The notes: generated by a model not told the origin, from the sequence alone. A stretch of 48,878 nt of DNA, filler included, from Bipalium vagum (GCA_037834085.1; 2 parts of 2 records of this genome joined end to end with filler, not necessarily neighbours in it), one strand, 5' to 3'. Shown: positions 26,100-39,700, counted from the first letter of the whole stretch. Made by a program: numbers and translations.

Positions 26100-26570
26100 A
26101 CACAGTTTTGCGCCCCTAATTAATTTTTTAAAAATATATCATTTCGTGTTTATGTTTTTATTGTTTTATATGCAAGGTTTTCGTGTTTATAAACACATTA
26201 ACCAGGTAACAGTATAAAAGATTTACTCAAAGTATTTTCCAAACATTTTTCTCCATTTTCAAACAGTTTCATTTTCCTTGACAATAAAACTTGGAATCCT
26301 GTAACTCAAAGAGCTCTGGATGAAAATCAGAAATTTAAAGGAAAGCATATTCTGTTGAACCAAAGCTTGAAGTCATTAATTTTTAAAAAATTCATTCAAT
26401 GTATACTCAAAATAATTTTTACCAGAATTAACATGGATGTTCCCTTCGCTAACCCAACATTAACAAACCTTATTATCATTGAAAAACTCTTCCAAAAACA
26501 TTCTATTAGAAACCTCTACTTATTTTCGGTTAATTTCAAAAGTGGACGGTTCTCTTATTATTTGTAATAT
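26100..26570 (-). mobile_element. Decayed DDE (IS630/Tc1-like) transposase fragment
   Basis: Minus-strand FHPEL echo of LPKFHxELNPIE; TACACAG-type end at about 26099. Weak. Confidence 0.35.
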
Positions 26571-27044
26571 TGTTTATTTTTATCACTATTTTTATTGCCA
26601 GGTACTAATTATTAATTGTTGTTAATATTATTATTATTAATCATACACTTTCAAGTGGCCCCCATAATTAACTGTACTCGGGTGATATTTGGAGTAAACC
26701 CAACATAATGGACTAGCAAAATCTTGATAAGCATAAGACAATCAGTTTCAATTTTGAACTTGAAATTAGTGAAAATGAAGATAGTATCGAATTCTGAGGT
26801 AAGTTGGGTAAACTGGAAAGACTGAACAGACCAAAAGTGATTAACCATTCCGTGATTTGTCACTTTTATTTTTCCTTCAGTAGTTATCAAATAAATTTAT
26901 TATTTCCTTTTTATTTTTACTCCAAAGTGAACGTAACAAAAGTAAGGCATTAGAGTTAATTAGTATTAGTATTAGTATTAATCTGTTCTTCATTACAAAT
27001 TATTTCATTTTCACTGATTTCTTTTCTACTTTGTGCATCTTGTG

Positions 27045-27300
27045 TTATTCTTTACCCTTAGGAGATATAATTTTGATAATACAGTAGTATTTGAGGCGAG
27101 TATGATGGCAGAAATCTGTCATCAACTTAATAACATCTTTGTGGTGATGGAAACTGCAATTGTCCATCACCGATACATCCTCAGGATTTCGATCGAAATA
27201 ATTGAATAGCTTGTCACTAATAAAGTCCATAAAACTGTTTCCATCGAAAGATCCGTCTTTGATTTCGAAGCATAATATGCCTGTAAATTTGATTTAATAA
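27045..27300 (-). mobile_element. IS630/Tc1-like transposase fragment
   Basis: DVSVMDNCSFHHHKDV (hMDNxxFH), preceded by ILCFEIKDGSFDG. Confidence 0.65.
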
Positions 27301-27756
27301 ATAAACAGATTCTTAAGACAGTACTTTGGCTGACTAAAATGCAATCAAATTAAAATATAAAAAATTTAATATTTTTTCTATATATTTCTGCATAGCTCTG
27401 TAATATTTCAATCTCAAGATTACGATTTGTTTTAATATCAAAATTTGAAGGGATACATGATATTGTTAAGTTTTGATGCTTAGGTCTAGTGACGTAAAAG
27501 ATATTTGCAAAACTTAACTAAGCTCATGATTAGTTCAGAAGGGTTTATTGAGTGTAACGTTCGAGAATAATTTACGGTTGCGTTACCAGTATGTTAAATT
27601 TTAAATCGACAAGGTAGGGAGGTTTTAAGTGCGATTAATATTACCAAAAATTCACTAAGTCAAATCAAAATCAATTTATGAATTAAAATATTTATTTATA
27701 AATGATTCAATTTACAGTCTTTGTTGAACAGATTTAATATTATTAATTTTAGATGA

Positions 27757-27856
27757 NNNNNNNNNNNNNNNNNNNNNNNNNNNNNNNNNNNNNNNNNNNN
27801 TTAATTAATTAANNNNNNNNNNNNNNNNNNNNNNNNNNNNNNNNNNNNNNNNNNNN
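27757..27856. other. 100-bp scaffold gap with an artificial six-frame-stop linker TTAATTAATTAA (27801-27812)
   Basis: Exactly 44 N + 12 nt + 44 N. The 12-mer is palindromic and gives stops in all six frames. Confidence 0.95.
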
Positions 27857-28158
27857 CAATGACGATTTGAAAGCACTGGTTGAGAGTGATCCACTTACCA
27901 CTGTTCGAGAAATTAGCCGTAAGGTAGGCGTTTCCGCTATGGCTGTTTCGAACCATCTTCGCCAATTAGGAAAGTCAAAGAAATTGGACAAATTGATTCC
28001 ACACAATTTTTTCGAATCGGGATAAATAAGCTTGTCGTTCGCTGGGAGTGTACAGTCTGGCGGATTCTATTTTGATATATAAAACTTTGTTTAAGCTGTC
28101 ATGTGTTCCTTTAAAGTTAGATGTTAAAAACCGCCATTTATTTCTTTACCACCTAACA
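27857..28158 (+). mobile_element. Mariner fragment (HTH region and right TIR)
   Basis: NDDLKALVESDPLTTVREISRKVGVSAMAVSNHLRQLGKSKKLDKLIPH; end AAAACCGCCATTTATTTCTTTACCACCTAA. Confidence 0.8.
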
Positions 28159-28556
28159 TAATAAATTGATTAATTTCCCATATAATTCAATAAATTGAAT
28201 TAAAAGTAAATAAATTAATTTAAATCAAAATTCTATCAATTAATCAATTACTAAATTAATTAATTTTAAATTCAATCAATTTACTCGATTAATTTAACAT
28301 ATTTTATTTAATTTAAAATAAATTAATTGATTTGTATTTAAATTCTATCAATAGAATTGATTAATAAATTAATTAATTTAATTAAAAGTCAATTGAATCA
28401 ATTAATTAATTAATTTTCATTAAGCTAATAGAAAACTATTTTTCTTCCTTTATTTCATTTTAAAAAATCTTATTAAATAAAATGAAACAAACGAACAACG
28501 TTATTTTATTAAGTTCTTGTTAAAACAGTTTTCCCCATATTTACAGACACTGAATA

Positions 28557-28835
28557 TCATCGTCCAAAATGGAAAGGTACATATGGTGCTCTTCTTCTCT
28601 GATATTGGCCAAAGGGAAAGTTCCTCATCTGGTGACCCTCTTGTGTGGATAAGACGTTCCTCAACCAATTAGTATCATGTCTCAAGTTTTCCGAAAACGT
28701 TTTGTAGTCTGTCAACAAATGAATTAAGGTGTAATCAAATATTAAATATAAAGTACCATCTTTATCGTATTCCGCGTTCCCATATGAAATAAGCATAGCT
28801 TGCAGGACAAGGACAAGTGCCAGAAATGTTTCCAT
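28557..28835 (-). CDS. Secreted neuropeptide precursor (exons 28835-28757 and 28708-28557; 76 aa), predicted product APYVPFHF-amide
   Basis: Hydrophobic signal peptide METFLALVLVLQAMLISYGNA. In-frame 48-nt GTACTT...TTGACAG intron at 28756-28709. C-terminus RRR-APYVPFHF-G-R-stop (convertase site plus amidation Gly). CTAAC...TTTTCAG acceptor 10 nt before the ATG; AATAAA about 50 nt after the stop. Confidence 0.8.
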   Translation of the reverse strand: METFLALVLVLQAMLISYGNAEYDKDGTLYLIFDYTLIHLLTDYKTFSENLRHDTNWLRNVLSTQEGHQMRNFPFGQYQRRRAPYVPFHFGR

Positions 28836-29479
28836 ATCAAAATGTCTGAAAATATAAAACCGTTAGAAATGTTCCACTACCGTAAAAGTCAAATATCGAA
28901 TGCGTTCTCTGATCCGATGACTTTTCCTCCACCTTCATCATTCAATTATGCCCTACACATTATGCACACCAAAGGGTTTTTGAACTCACCTCACCAAAAA
29001 AGCCTACAAATCCGCTCATTCCATCAATTGGCTGAAAGGCGACTTTATTTTTTGTTTAAATCAGATTTAAAAGGATAAGAAATAAATAAATAAATAAAAT
29101 AATTCTATTTTAAAAACAATTATTTGTTTAAATGTAATGGTTAATTAGAAGGAAGTTTCAGATCTCTCTATTATGGCCCAATAATTGAACCAACAATTAC
29201 CCTATTATATGAAACGTTAATTGGGAAAGCTGATAAAATAAAAGCGCTTTGCCACAATGGCAAAGGTAATTGAAGGCGACCATGCCACCAAATTGCCATC
29301 ACTTTTCAGTTGGCTTTATAATTGAGTACAAAATAAAATAAAATAATAAATAAATAAATAAAATGAAACTTGGAAACTGTTTCAGAAAAAATGTTTCAGG
29401 CTCTTTCAATATTTGAGGGCCTGAAAAATATGTTGTTTTAATCTGAACCATCGAAAACGAAAGGAGATCGTTCTTTGAT

Positions 29480-29830
29480 TGGATTTTCTGAATCTCAAGA
29501 CCGGTGATATATCGATTTGTATGACGAAACAAGGAATGATATCAAAAGGATTGACTTGGTCAAGATCATTGGTCGAACGCTAAGCGATCACGTGATTCGT
29601 CTACTACATGACAACGGCCCCATCCGAGCATCTTTCAAATACAAAAACAGGAATACAGTCCTGATCCTTCAAATGTTGCCTGTGCCAATTCGGGTGAAGA
29701 ATTATTTCAAGAATTATTTATACTCAGAAAGAAGACGGAGAGATTTCCAATGAAAAAGAATGCAAATTCGAATATTGATCAGCTTAATTTGGAGGGACGG
29801 AGGGTGGCAAATATTTGTACCGAATTTGTA
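29480..29830 (+). mobile_element. Mariner C-terminal fragment
   Basis: IRLLHDNGP motif, followed by remnants of the typical ..RW..hh terminus. Confidence 0.5.
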
Positions 29831-32800
29831 AAGAGAACTTTGATTGAGTTTGCTTTATTTCTCCATGGTAAGAATGGGGCATTTTTTATTTTTACTACGC
29901 GACTCTTTTATTCTTTAGAAATTATTATTTTCTGTTTACAAAACAAAGCCCTTTCGATTTTGTACGGGTGCAAACAATAAATATCCACTTCGGACAGATA
30001 CAAATTTTCCTAGACTGATAAAGTATGCATTATCATTATGGCTCTCGTCGTAATATGAGCGACAGTCTCAAGAAATGATTTATGACGGACTCTCAGACAT
30101 TCATCAAAATATGAATTTATGGTCTCCTTGTTCGGAAGGAGAATAATATTATCACAACATCGGGCGAACATTATTTTGTATTATATTAATAAAAGTATTG
30201 TATAAGGTCAAATGATCAAAAACACAATTTCGTTAAGACTTGTAAACTCGTCCAGTGACAAATTACTCGATTCTTTACCATCTCAGAATAATAGTTGGAA
30301 AAATGAGACAAATTAAGCATCCTCAAAGGATATCGTTCTATGAAGTTGTTCGAATATGAAATTCTCCATGATACGTTTCAAGAGAGGATCATGAGCAGCC
30401 GAGGAGAAGAAAGATATGAAGGTTTGAGATTTCAAAATATTCGTACCGGTTTCAAATGTGAGGAATAACAAAAAAGTTTCTTTTTCACTGAAACAGCGTT
30501 CTAAGACTTACATCGTAATAGAATTAGTATCAAATAAATACATTAATATACAATAACGACGTCTTCCTCATTCATTCGTTAAATTGCCTTGGAAAATACT
30601 TCAGACTTGAGTAAAATATTACTATTATTATTATTATTAATTCGGCATTTTATATATCTTCTGATAATGTCCTCAGAAAAATAATTGATTGAGTTGTTCA
30701 TAATGACAGTCATAAGAGTAAAAACAAGAAACAAAAATAATATCAATAATAACATTAAAAAATAATATTATCAATATTGATAATAATAAGATAATGAAGA
30801 AGAGCTTTATTTTTATTACTAAAATAATATATAAATTTTATATTTATTATATTTATATATTTATCTAAATATTATAAATATAAATAAATTAATAAATAAG
30901 TTGAAGTGAATTTAAAATAACCATATTTTACAAGGACGTTAAGTTTGTTTAATTAAATCATTTTAAAAAATAATTAACGTTTAATAATTTGAAAAATTAT
31001 TTCATTAATTTCAGTTTTGGTTTTACTTGTGATCAATAATTTTTTATTTATTGCTTTGACCTTTTGCCGATAAAAGTCTCCCGGTTTCTCTTCATCAAAA
31101 AATATTTTTCTTTGAGTCCTGATATAGTTAATATGATATAGCAAATCATCTAATTATAGATTATACTAATCAATATATTTACATATAACGATTAATAAAT
31201 ATGAGGCTTTTGGATTAAATTGGTTAATTTAAACAAACAGAAATTTTGGATATTTACGTGCATGTTATCGTTAAGACTGTTATATTTACGAAAAACGAGT
31301 GTTTATCAAAAAATATTCATTTTATATTGACAAAGATAAATTAACGAATCCCTATAAACATTTTTGAACTTTAACATACGGGACACAACGCAGGCTAACT
31401 CTTTCGGCGTCCATTTCAAAACAACTTAACAAATAGAAATTTAACGTGCACAAATTTCATTTCAAATAAAATAATTTGTCATCTAAGTGTGAACACGCAC
31501 GACGAAAACCATTGGATAAAAACGATGAGTCATTTCACTACAAATATTAACATTAATTAATATAATTAAAAAGTAAAATTAAGATGAAAGAAAGAAGTCT
31601 GGATTCCGTAGTGTAAGGGGACTTCCAGTTTTAATTTATTATTTAATTTGAGTTAAAAATAATTATTATATAAATTCTTAAAAATTTGAAATTTAAAAAA
31701 GAACAAATTTCGGTAATTAAAAAAAATGATGCATTAAAACAACTTTTTCTAATCCCTAATAGTTTTATAACATAATTTAATTTTAATATAAAAGTAAAGA
31801 AATGTTTCATAAAAGTTAAATCAGAAATATTTACACCAGCTTTCAGAAATTAGGTCTTATTGTTTTTCAGCAGAAAAGAAAAGCCTGCCAAATTTAAACA
31901 CCGTGGAAAATTGGTGAGCAGCACTCGATAAATCGTTTGGGATTTTCAAAGCAAATGGGAAATCTCTTATTAGACCAATATCCTCTGTGATAGTTTTTAT
32001 TTTATTCAGTAATAATCGAGACCTCTTGAATAATAGTAATAATAATAATAATGATCAACTGGCTTTAACGGAACCTCCAAGAAAATTTGTCAAATAAAAT
32101 TATCATTTGAAAATAATTAAATTATCCCCAGTGTCAGCGGATCGGGCCTTGTCGTCATGCATGAAAGATTTGGAAATAAACCCATCATTGTTATGGTGAT
32201 ATCTTGCCTAATTTGTTGTGTTTCTCCTGTCTTTGTCACGCTTCATTGAGCTTAGCTAATGAAAAATTGGTTCAAAGTCATATTGGCACATACATTTAGT
32301 AAAAGTAATCAATTAATAAAACTCATCATAATTTTGTGGAATTGATTTTTAAGTCCCCTTACAGTTAGTTTTATGCAAGGCACCAATAATTGTAAAAAAA
32401 TAAAAATTAATGTCAGTGAAAAATAACATTTCTAGATCCTAGTGTGAAGTGGTGTTTGCCATCTTTCGAACAATTTCAAATTTTCCTGAAAATCTGTTTC
32501 TTTTTATTGTCAGGAACATCTTTCAAAGTCTCCTTAATTATGTAAATATTCATCTTAAATATGAAGTACCCATTCATCTGTCAAATCAATCAGAAATTGC
32601 ACCGAATCCTCATCTATCAATACATGCATTGCTGGAGTGTGTGCAGCTCCTTATTGCCTGTAGGACAACATGTAAACATCAGAGTAATTGAAACGTTGCT
32701 CATGAAGAATCGAGTGCTTTAACAGCTGTAGCCTGGTTGTATGACTTTTTTGGTTTTAATATATTTATGTGGGCAAAGAAACCCTTGACCGCAGTATTTC

Positions 32801-34349
32801 GGGTCTTCGATCATTAAGAAACTGAAGCTGATCTTCGTCAGCAGATTGAAATGTGACATGGTCACCTTAGGCTACATGTATTATACGGAATTTTTCTTCA
32901 AAACAAAAGGTGAACTATAAATTTCAAAAATATATATACGGAATTCATTTTGATAGGTTTAAGCGAGATAATATTATTATTATTACTATCAATATTAATA
33001 ATGATAATAAATAATAATAAAAGAGTTTTCTGTCGAAAATAAGGTACAGATATTTTTATTTTATATTTCAATGATGATTGACACTGGGGATATAAAAGAC
33101 TGACTGTGAATTTCTTTTACATTTGGCACTGGGTTGCCCTTGAGATGTCAATTAATTCTGGTCTACTTGCATAGCCAAAGGGTTATGAACCCAAATGCTG
33201 AACTGATCCGAATAAAGAGAAAGAAATATTGAAGAATGTTTCTAAACATTTCCTCGGGGATTCTCAATAATGGAAACTAAGCAAATGAACGAAATCGCTT
33301 TTATTCATGGGGCTGGGTCTCGGCCTGACGAAACAACATCTCAAAAGGAAGAGAAAGTCAAGAATCACCTAAATCTATTCAGCGATGTTCAGTTCAGTGT
33401 GGTATACATGAATGATTTATGTTTCAGTTTCGTGATACATGTCTGACGGAGAGTAATGCACTAGAGACTTCCGTTATTTGTCCCTTTTCACCTTTTCTGA
33501 CTGATCCTAGTTCAGCCTTGACATGAAATCGTAAACTCCCCCCTACACATTGGAATGTTAACTCAGATTTTCATTATTTTGGAGACTTTTCTACAAATAA
33601 ATATTTCGTTTTAAAAAGAAACTATTTGGAATAAACGATTCGTGACCACACCAGTCCTTACATGTGATTATGACTCTTTTATAGAAAAGGGTGCCATCAT
33701 CAAATCTCCGGAATCCTTTTTATGTCAGTCTCTGGTTTTGCTTTATGTCATTAATCCCTATTGTTAACAACATCACTTTTGAAAAGTAATAAAGGGTCAT
33801 TATGGTCAAGGTAACTATGATCACTAAAGTGCTAATATACTTTTTTGAGCTTTTCTTCCAAGAATTATTTCCCAAGAAAAATATTATAAAATATATTAAG
33901 AATAGCTTAGGAGAAATATATTCTGTGTCGAAGGAGTTAATTAGGGAGGGGGCGGGAAGTACACATTTAAAATGTAAAAAATATAATTGATTGATGTTTT
34001 TGTTTATCGTGAAATAAATGTCATTATTTTGCTTAAATATTATTGATTAATAAATGATTAAAAAACGAACGAACTTATGCTTCAACCTAATATATCATGA
34101 CTGAAGAGAAAATCGGATCTGTTAAAATATAATATGTCACTGAAAGCATTATATCAACTTCAATAACTGCAAATCGACACTATCGAGGAATGGTTACGAT
34201 ATGATCGATTTTCTAAGAAAGTGGGTTATCATTTTCCGAAGTGCTGCCATTCAAAGCCAAAACGTGACGATTGGTTTTTCTGATTTGGTTGAGTACATCC
34301 ATGAATCATCACTATTGGCAATGTCATGGAGATGCAATTAACCAATTTA

Positions 34350-35137
34350 ATATCACGACGTCCGTTACAGAGAAAATAATGATTTTAACGGGATTGTGAC
34401 ATTAACGAACGACCACATATGTTTTAAAATCAATTATTTTTCATTTGTACGTGATATTCGAAGGTTTATTACAACAAACAAAGTGATAATAAGCAGGTTA
34501 CACTCTATTTTGCAATTCTTTTGATGAATTGTTTAGACTTGACTTGATGTTTTTAATGTAATCTGGTATCAACTGTGAACAGAGCTTCCTCAAATACAAG
34601 TTCCCGTTTACAGTGGAATATATCGAGTTTCAAGAAATATTCTGTGATTGCTGAGTGTCACGGTTTACTGTTCCATCGTCTTTTGGTACAATCCAGCCAA
34701 CATTGTTAATATTCTCATCATATAATCAGACACCCCACAATTGAAACCCCTGATTACATGTAGTTTTTAATGATCCCTCATCACCAACGTCATTTTGAAA
34801 TGTTTTTTAAATCAAAAGAAAATATGTAGTCTCTTTTTTCTTTGATCCAATTAATTTCGTGCTTTTTTAAACCATATTTAAACTGATATGACCATTTCAA
34901 TGGCATGGCAATAGTTTTTTATTGAAAACAATCATATTTTTACGATTGAAAGCAATTTTCCCCCAAAAACCTCTTCCACAATCATTTGCTGACTGGCTCT
35001 CGACCGACCCTCATATTAATTACTTTGATTTGATAATATATTTTTTTATTTATTCTCGATACAAATATTTTATTAATTAAAAATAATTTTGAAAGTCAAC
35101 GTGACATTTTGATAGGAACCCGTCTCAAAAATGTTAA
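34350..35137 (-). mobile_element. Possible highly decayed piggyBac-like remnant
   Basis: Minus-strand echoes of IxxYNxxMGGVD and a Cys/His-rich C-terminus; possible end ...AAATGTTAA at about 35137. Weak. Confidence 0.3.
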
Positions 35138-36289
35138 GATCCATGGATTCGATGTTGTTATTTTATGCTGGCCAGTTATTTTTATAAAATATTTTTATTT
35201 TATTTATTTATATTTTTAAAATATTTATTGATTTTACATTAACTGATTAAAAACGCTTAACATAAATAAATATAAATAAATAACACTAAAAAGAAATTGT
35301 CTTCAGGAAGTCTCGAAAAATTGTAAAAAGCACTTTTTGCAGTTTTTTGTTTAAATCGTTGAGATTTTAAAAATGGAAAAATAATGTGGAGACAAAAAAT
35401 TTCCAAATATTTTCAGTGGGTTTGTAAAACGTTACAAATTTGTTTCCTTTGAACAAGATTTCAGAAAGAAGCTGAGTATTTTCAATGAAAATAAATAAAT
35501 ATTATTAGGAAAATAAAATAATAACTTACTCAAGTTTTATTTTGCGATAAAATGAGCTGACGGTGATAAGCCACTGGAAATATATGAATGGAAAACAAAT
35601 TAAACTGTGGCAATATATAACGTTCATGTTTATTGGCTGAATTCTGGGCATCGCCTCCTCTCTGCTTACCTGCATTTCAGTGAGGCAGTGATGTTTCAAT
35701 GTTGGACTTTATTTCATATTTATATATGAAAAGAAGAGGGGTTCTCAGGGTTTGGTCTCAATACTGCAAAACCATTGGAAAAATATGATTGATTGAGAGG
35801 AAGGACGCCCATTGTTTTTTATTTGAAGTCGAAAAACTGATATTAAAAAAGGAAAGTTTAGACTTAAAAAACAGTAAATAATACATAATATTAAATATAA
35901 TATATATTATACCAAAGAATATCATATGATTAATGTGTGGAGTAATTGGAAAGTTTGTGGAATCAGATAGTTCAAGTGATTTTACTTTTATTAAATGACA
36001 TCATCGTATTCGACATTGATTTAATATTAATCATTTGAATAAATATAGAGAGTTTTTCATAAATATGTATACGAGTTTAAACAAATATAAATTAATCAAT
36101 TTATCAATAAACATGAATCATTTTTATATATTATTGTAGATAAATCACTGAGGAAATATAAATATTTTTTATAGATGTTTGGAAAAAGAAAATAAATTCG
36201 GTTGAAAATTGTTGATTATTTTTGCTTTAAGCGTGTATGCACATTTATGAAACACTGTTTATATTGATAAATTTGTTTTAAATTTAAAT

Positions 36290-37006
36290 ATTGTTTGTCT
36301 TCCTGATTTTTTGGCCCAACTCGAACAGTTCTTGACCACAAACGATGTAAAACATTTAAATAATATTCTGCAATAACACTTTGACATTTTAAAACAAATT
36401 CCTTAAGGACTATACATTTTGAATTATAAAAAGTAATAAGCATTGTCTTAATTTTTAAAAACGTAGATTTTTGGTTTCGGCTCATCTACTGACTTCCATT
36501 CACTACTTTGACGCTCGGTTTGTGGATAATATTTGAGACACCACGTCTCGTCACCAGTTATAATTGAGTCAATATAATCTGGATTGTTTGCCACATTGTT
36601 GAAGAAATCTTTACAAGATCCAACATGAGCAGCTGTTTGGTCTTCATTTAATTCATGTGGAACAAACTTGGCACAAACCTTTCTTTTACCCAAATCTTTC
36701 GTTAAATTGTCCAAAAGGTAAAGAAATTTGTATTTACTTCTTCTGCTAACATTCTCAGTCATTTTACCACCATACGTAATGATTTCCCGTACTTTTGCCA
36801 ACAAATGTAGACGATTTTCAGCATCCGGATGTCCAAGCGTTACATCGTTATTTAAATCATAACAAACATTTTTAAATCGTGTAACCCATGTAGAGATATG
36901 TGTATGAGACATGCAATCATCACCATTAACTTTTTGTAGCAATTCATATGTCTGTAAGTTTTTTCCCGATTTTAAACGAAAATTTAATATTTGCTCTTTG
37001 TTCCAT
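36290..37006 (-). mobile_element. Mariner transposase, 3'-truncated and frameshifted
   Basis: MEQRANIKF at 37006; KVCAKFVPHEL; IITGDETWCLKYYPQTERQSSEW; KTMLITFYNSKCIVLKEFV (ORFs 36448-36942 and 36216-36485). Confidence 0.9.
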
Positions 37007-37142
37007 TATAAATCTATGAAATAAGCATTATATATACCTTTATTTAAATGCAAATTGAATTTAAACCTACTATCCGAATAAAAAAAATCTTGATGATTTT
37101 CAAAAATGAATGATTTAATTTTAAATTAAAGATTAGTTTAAA

Positions 37143-39150
37143 CAAGTGATTTTCAACTGGGGTTCTTCGGAACCCAGAGGTCCCGCGAGGGAGAGTCAAG
37201 GATTCCACAAAAAATATCAAATTTTCAGAATTGAGTTTAAAAAAATCCTGAATAGTGATTTTATGAAGGTATAAGTCATTCTTTAATCAGTTAATACGTT
37301 ACGATACTTTATATTGCCAAAAAAACTCATTTTTAATCAGTGTTATTATATATATAGAATCAAAAAATTTGTTTTACTGCTTCAAATAATATATATTTAA
37401 TTTTATATATGTCAATGAAACTTATTGATTGGATCTATTTTCTTAAATTACCATTTTGATCGTGAACATAGTCAGATTTTTTAAAGTGTTTGTTGAAATA
37501 CGCTCGTAACATACGACAAAACTAAGGTTATGGAGCCGATTGAAGCTGCTACCATCAACACTACACCAACTCAACTGCAGTTGCCAAAAAATGAAACTGG
37601 CAATTGGCAGTTCAAAGTTCGTCAGTGCTGTGACAATTATCTAGCTCTGGGGTTCACTTGGACGGGTGATCCAGCCCTTAACCACTGTGTGTTGCTTGCG
37701 GCGAAGAATTTGCCAATAGTGCCAAGGAGCCAGCTAAACTTAAGCGGCACTTTACAAATAGAAATCCGGAGGTATCGAATAATAACGCACAGTACTTCCA
37801 CAGAACACTGTCCATGAATAAAAAGTAAATGGCTACGTTTGAGAAAAGGTTCAAGACAAATAAAAAAGTTCAAAAAGCAAGTTACGCTTTAGTGGAGATT
37901 TGATATGTAAATATTTTCAAGATAATTTTGGTATGAAAAATCAACATTAATGAAATAAATCTTTGGTGTTAATAATACTTTAATTTTCAATGCGTTTATT
38001 TATATGTGTTTTTGTAGAATAGTTATCAAGAAATGGTCTGGGGATGTTTTTCGAGTTTGGGTGTTGGAAATTTAGTCTTCCTAGATTGAATAATGCATAA
38101 GGAAGATTATTTGAAAATTTTAGAAGAAAATTTGTTGGAATCTGTGCAACACCTTGGTCTTCAGACTGACTTCATATTCCAGCATGACCGAGACCCAAAA
38201 CATACGGCCAAAATTATTACACATTGGCTTAATCAATCCGGTGTTAATGTCTTGAAATGGATTAGGCAATCACCGGACATGAACCCAATTGAAAATTTGC
38301 AGGTTTTTATGAAGAGAAAACTCAAAGGCAGAGAAATTTCTGAAAAAGATATGCTGAAAAAGTACATCTTGGAAGAATGGCAACAAATTAACCCAGATTT
38401 TTGCAAAAAATTGGTTACTTTTATGAATATGAGATGTAATATGATCATCAAGAATAGGGGTGGTCAATAAATTATTAAGAACAAAATTTTGATACAAATT
38501 TTTTGTTCGCTTATAATAAATGTATTCGTATGGTTAATTTTCGTATTACTCATTTTCGAACATTCAAAAATAATTTATGCTTACAATTCTAAAACAAATA
38601 TTTATATATTCTTATTCTTATTTTATATATCCGGGATAGCTATTATACTTGGAAACAATAGACTTTTATAAAAATGTTTTCTTTTTTAGTGAAGTTATTA
38701 TTTTTTTTATTTATATTATTATCGTACGGATAATTATTGGAGAATATGTACATGACGAGAAATTGTGAGGATTGTGTTTGGAGAGGATGCCGTATCAGAA
38801 ATCAATAAGATTCCGCTTTCAGATAACACGATAAGCAGGCGTATGTTCTCTCAAAAATTAAAAGTCGAGAGTTTTTGCAGTCCAGGTTGTGGAGAGCACA
38901 GATATCAGTGGTAAAGCGCAGCTGCTTGCGTTTGTTCGCTTTATGGACAAGGAAGTTGTCATGGAAGACTTTCTTTGCTGTAAGGAATTGCCGAAAACAA
39001 CAAAAAATCAAAATATTTGTGATATTTTGAATTCGAATTTGGAATCTTGCAAGTTGACTTGAGAAAACTGTGTGCATTTTTTACGGACAGGAAATGTCAA
39101 ATCCTTTGTCTCGCTGACGCAACGACCAAATCCCAATATTATAGTCACTC
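37143..39150 (+). mobile_element. hAT Buster/Charlie-type (ZBED5/SCAND3-like) transposon, decayed and interrupted
   Basis: Left end CAAGTGATTTTCAACTGGGG. BED-finger region VRQCCDNYLALGFTWTGD...CV..C and PAKLKRHF. Resumes after a Tc1 insert with IVRIVFGEDAVSEINKIPLSDNTISRR and ESTDISGKAQLLAFVRF. Confidence 0.85.
37900..38725 (+). mobile_element. Tc1 (DD34E) 3' fragment nested in the hAT element
   Basis: MVWGCFSSLGVGNLV (38033); FQHDRDPKH...QSPDMNPIE with exactly 34 residues between D and E (ORF 38093-38470). Boundaries approximate. Confidence 0.85.
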
Positions 39151-39177
39151 ATTTTTTTCTTTTTTATTTAATATTAA

Positions 39178-39700
39178 CCCATTTCATTCAAGAGGGCATA
39201 GAATGATTTGATTTATGTAGTGTATAATAGTTGATATAGGACCTATTAAGACTAAGTATAAGTTTCATAAAAATTAAAAAAACATTATTTACTTTGATTT
39301 TAGGACTAGTTCCATTTGAGGATTATGGAATGTAGGCGTGTTACTTATAAATTGTGTTATATTCAAATTAAAAAACATTTATTCAAAACCTCTATCATAA
39401 TAATATCATTACAATTAGAAAATTACCACAAATTGCATCAAACACTCGGTACATGAAATTTACAAATAAAGCAAAGACAAAAAATCTTACCTTGAAGTTA
39501 TAAAGTGGAAAATTCGAAAATAATACAAATTTGAGATGAAATTTAGAAGAAAAAATATGCAAGTAAAAGTCCATCAATGCCCAATTAAAATATGTCTCTG
39601 AGCATGATTTAAATTGATTTATATTTAGTACAATCTTCAAATAAAGTGTTAATTTCACTCTAAAGGGACATTCCCAAATGGGCTTATGGAATGAAATGGG
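39178..39700. mobile_element. Non-autonomous piggyBac element (523 bp)
   Basis: TTAA|CCCATTTCATTC...GAATGAAATGGG|TTAA: 12-bp perfect TIR and TTAA target-site duplication (39174-39177, 39701-39704); no coding capacity. Confidence 0.9.

Noticed and set aside
27801-27812. Perfect palindrome TTAATTAATTAA isolated between N runs
   Set aside because: Centred in an exact 100-bp gap and gives six-frame stops: an assembly linker, not biology.
28180-28420. Repetitive AATT/TTAA-rich tract resembling an array
   Set aside because: No fixed unit or spacers; AT low complexity, not a CRISPR or satellite array.
28800-29078. 92-aa plus-strand ORF overlapping the neuropeptide start
   Set aside because: Non-ATG start, no motifs, antisense to a better-supported gene.
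32400-32900. GC-richer block with possible exon or zinc-finger (KYCGQGF) reading
   Set aside because: No frame stays open across plausible splice sites and the zinc-ligand spacing is incomplete.
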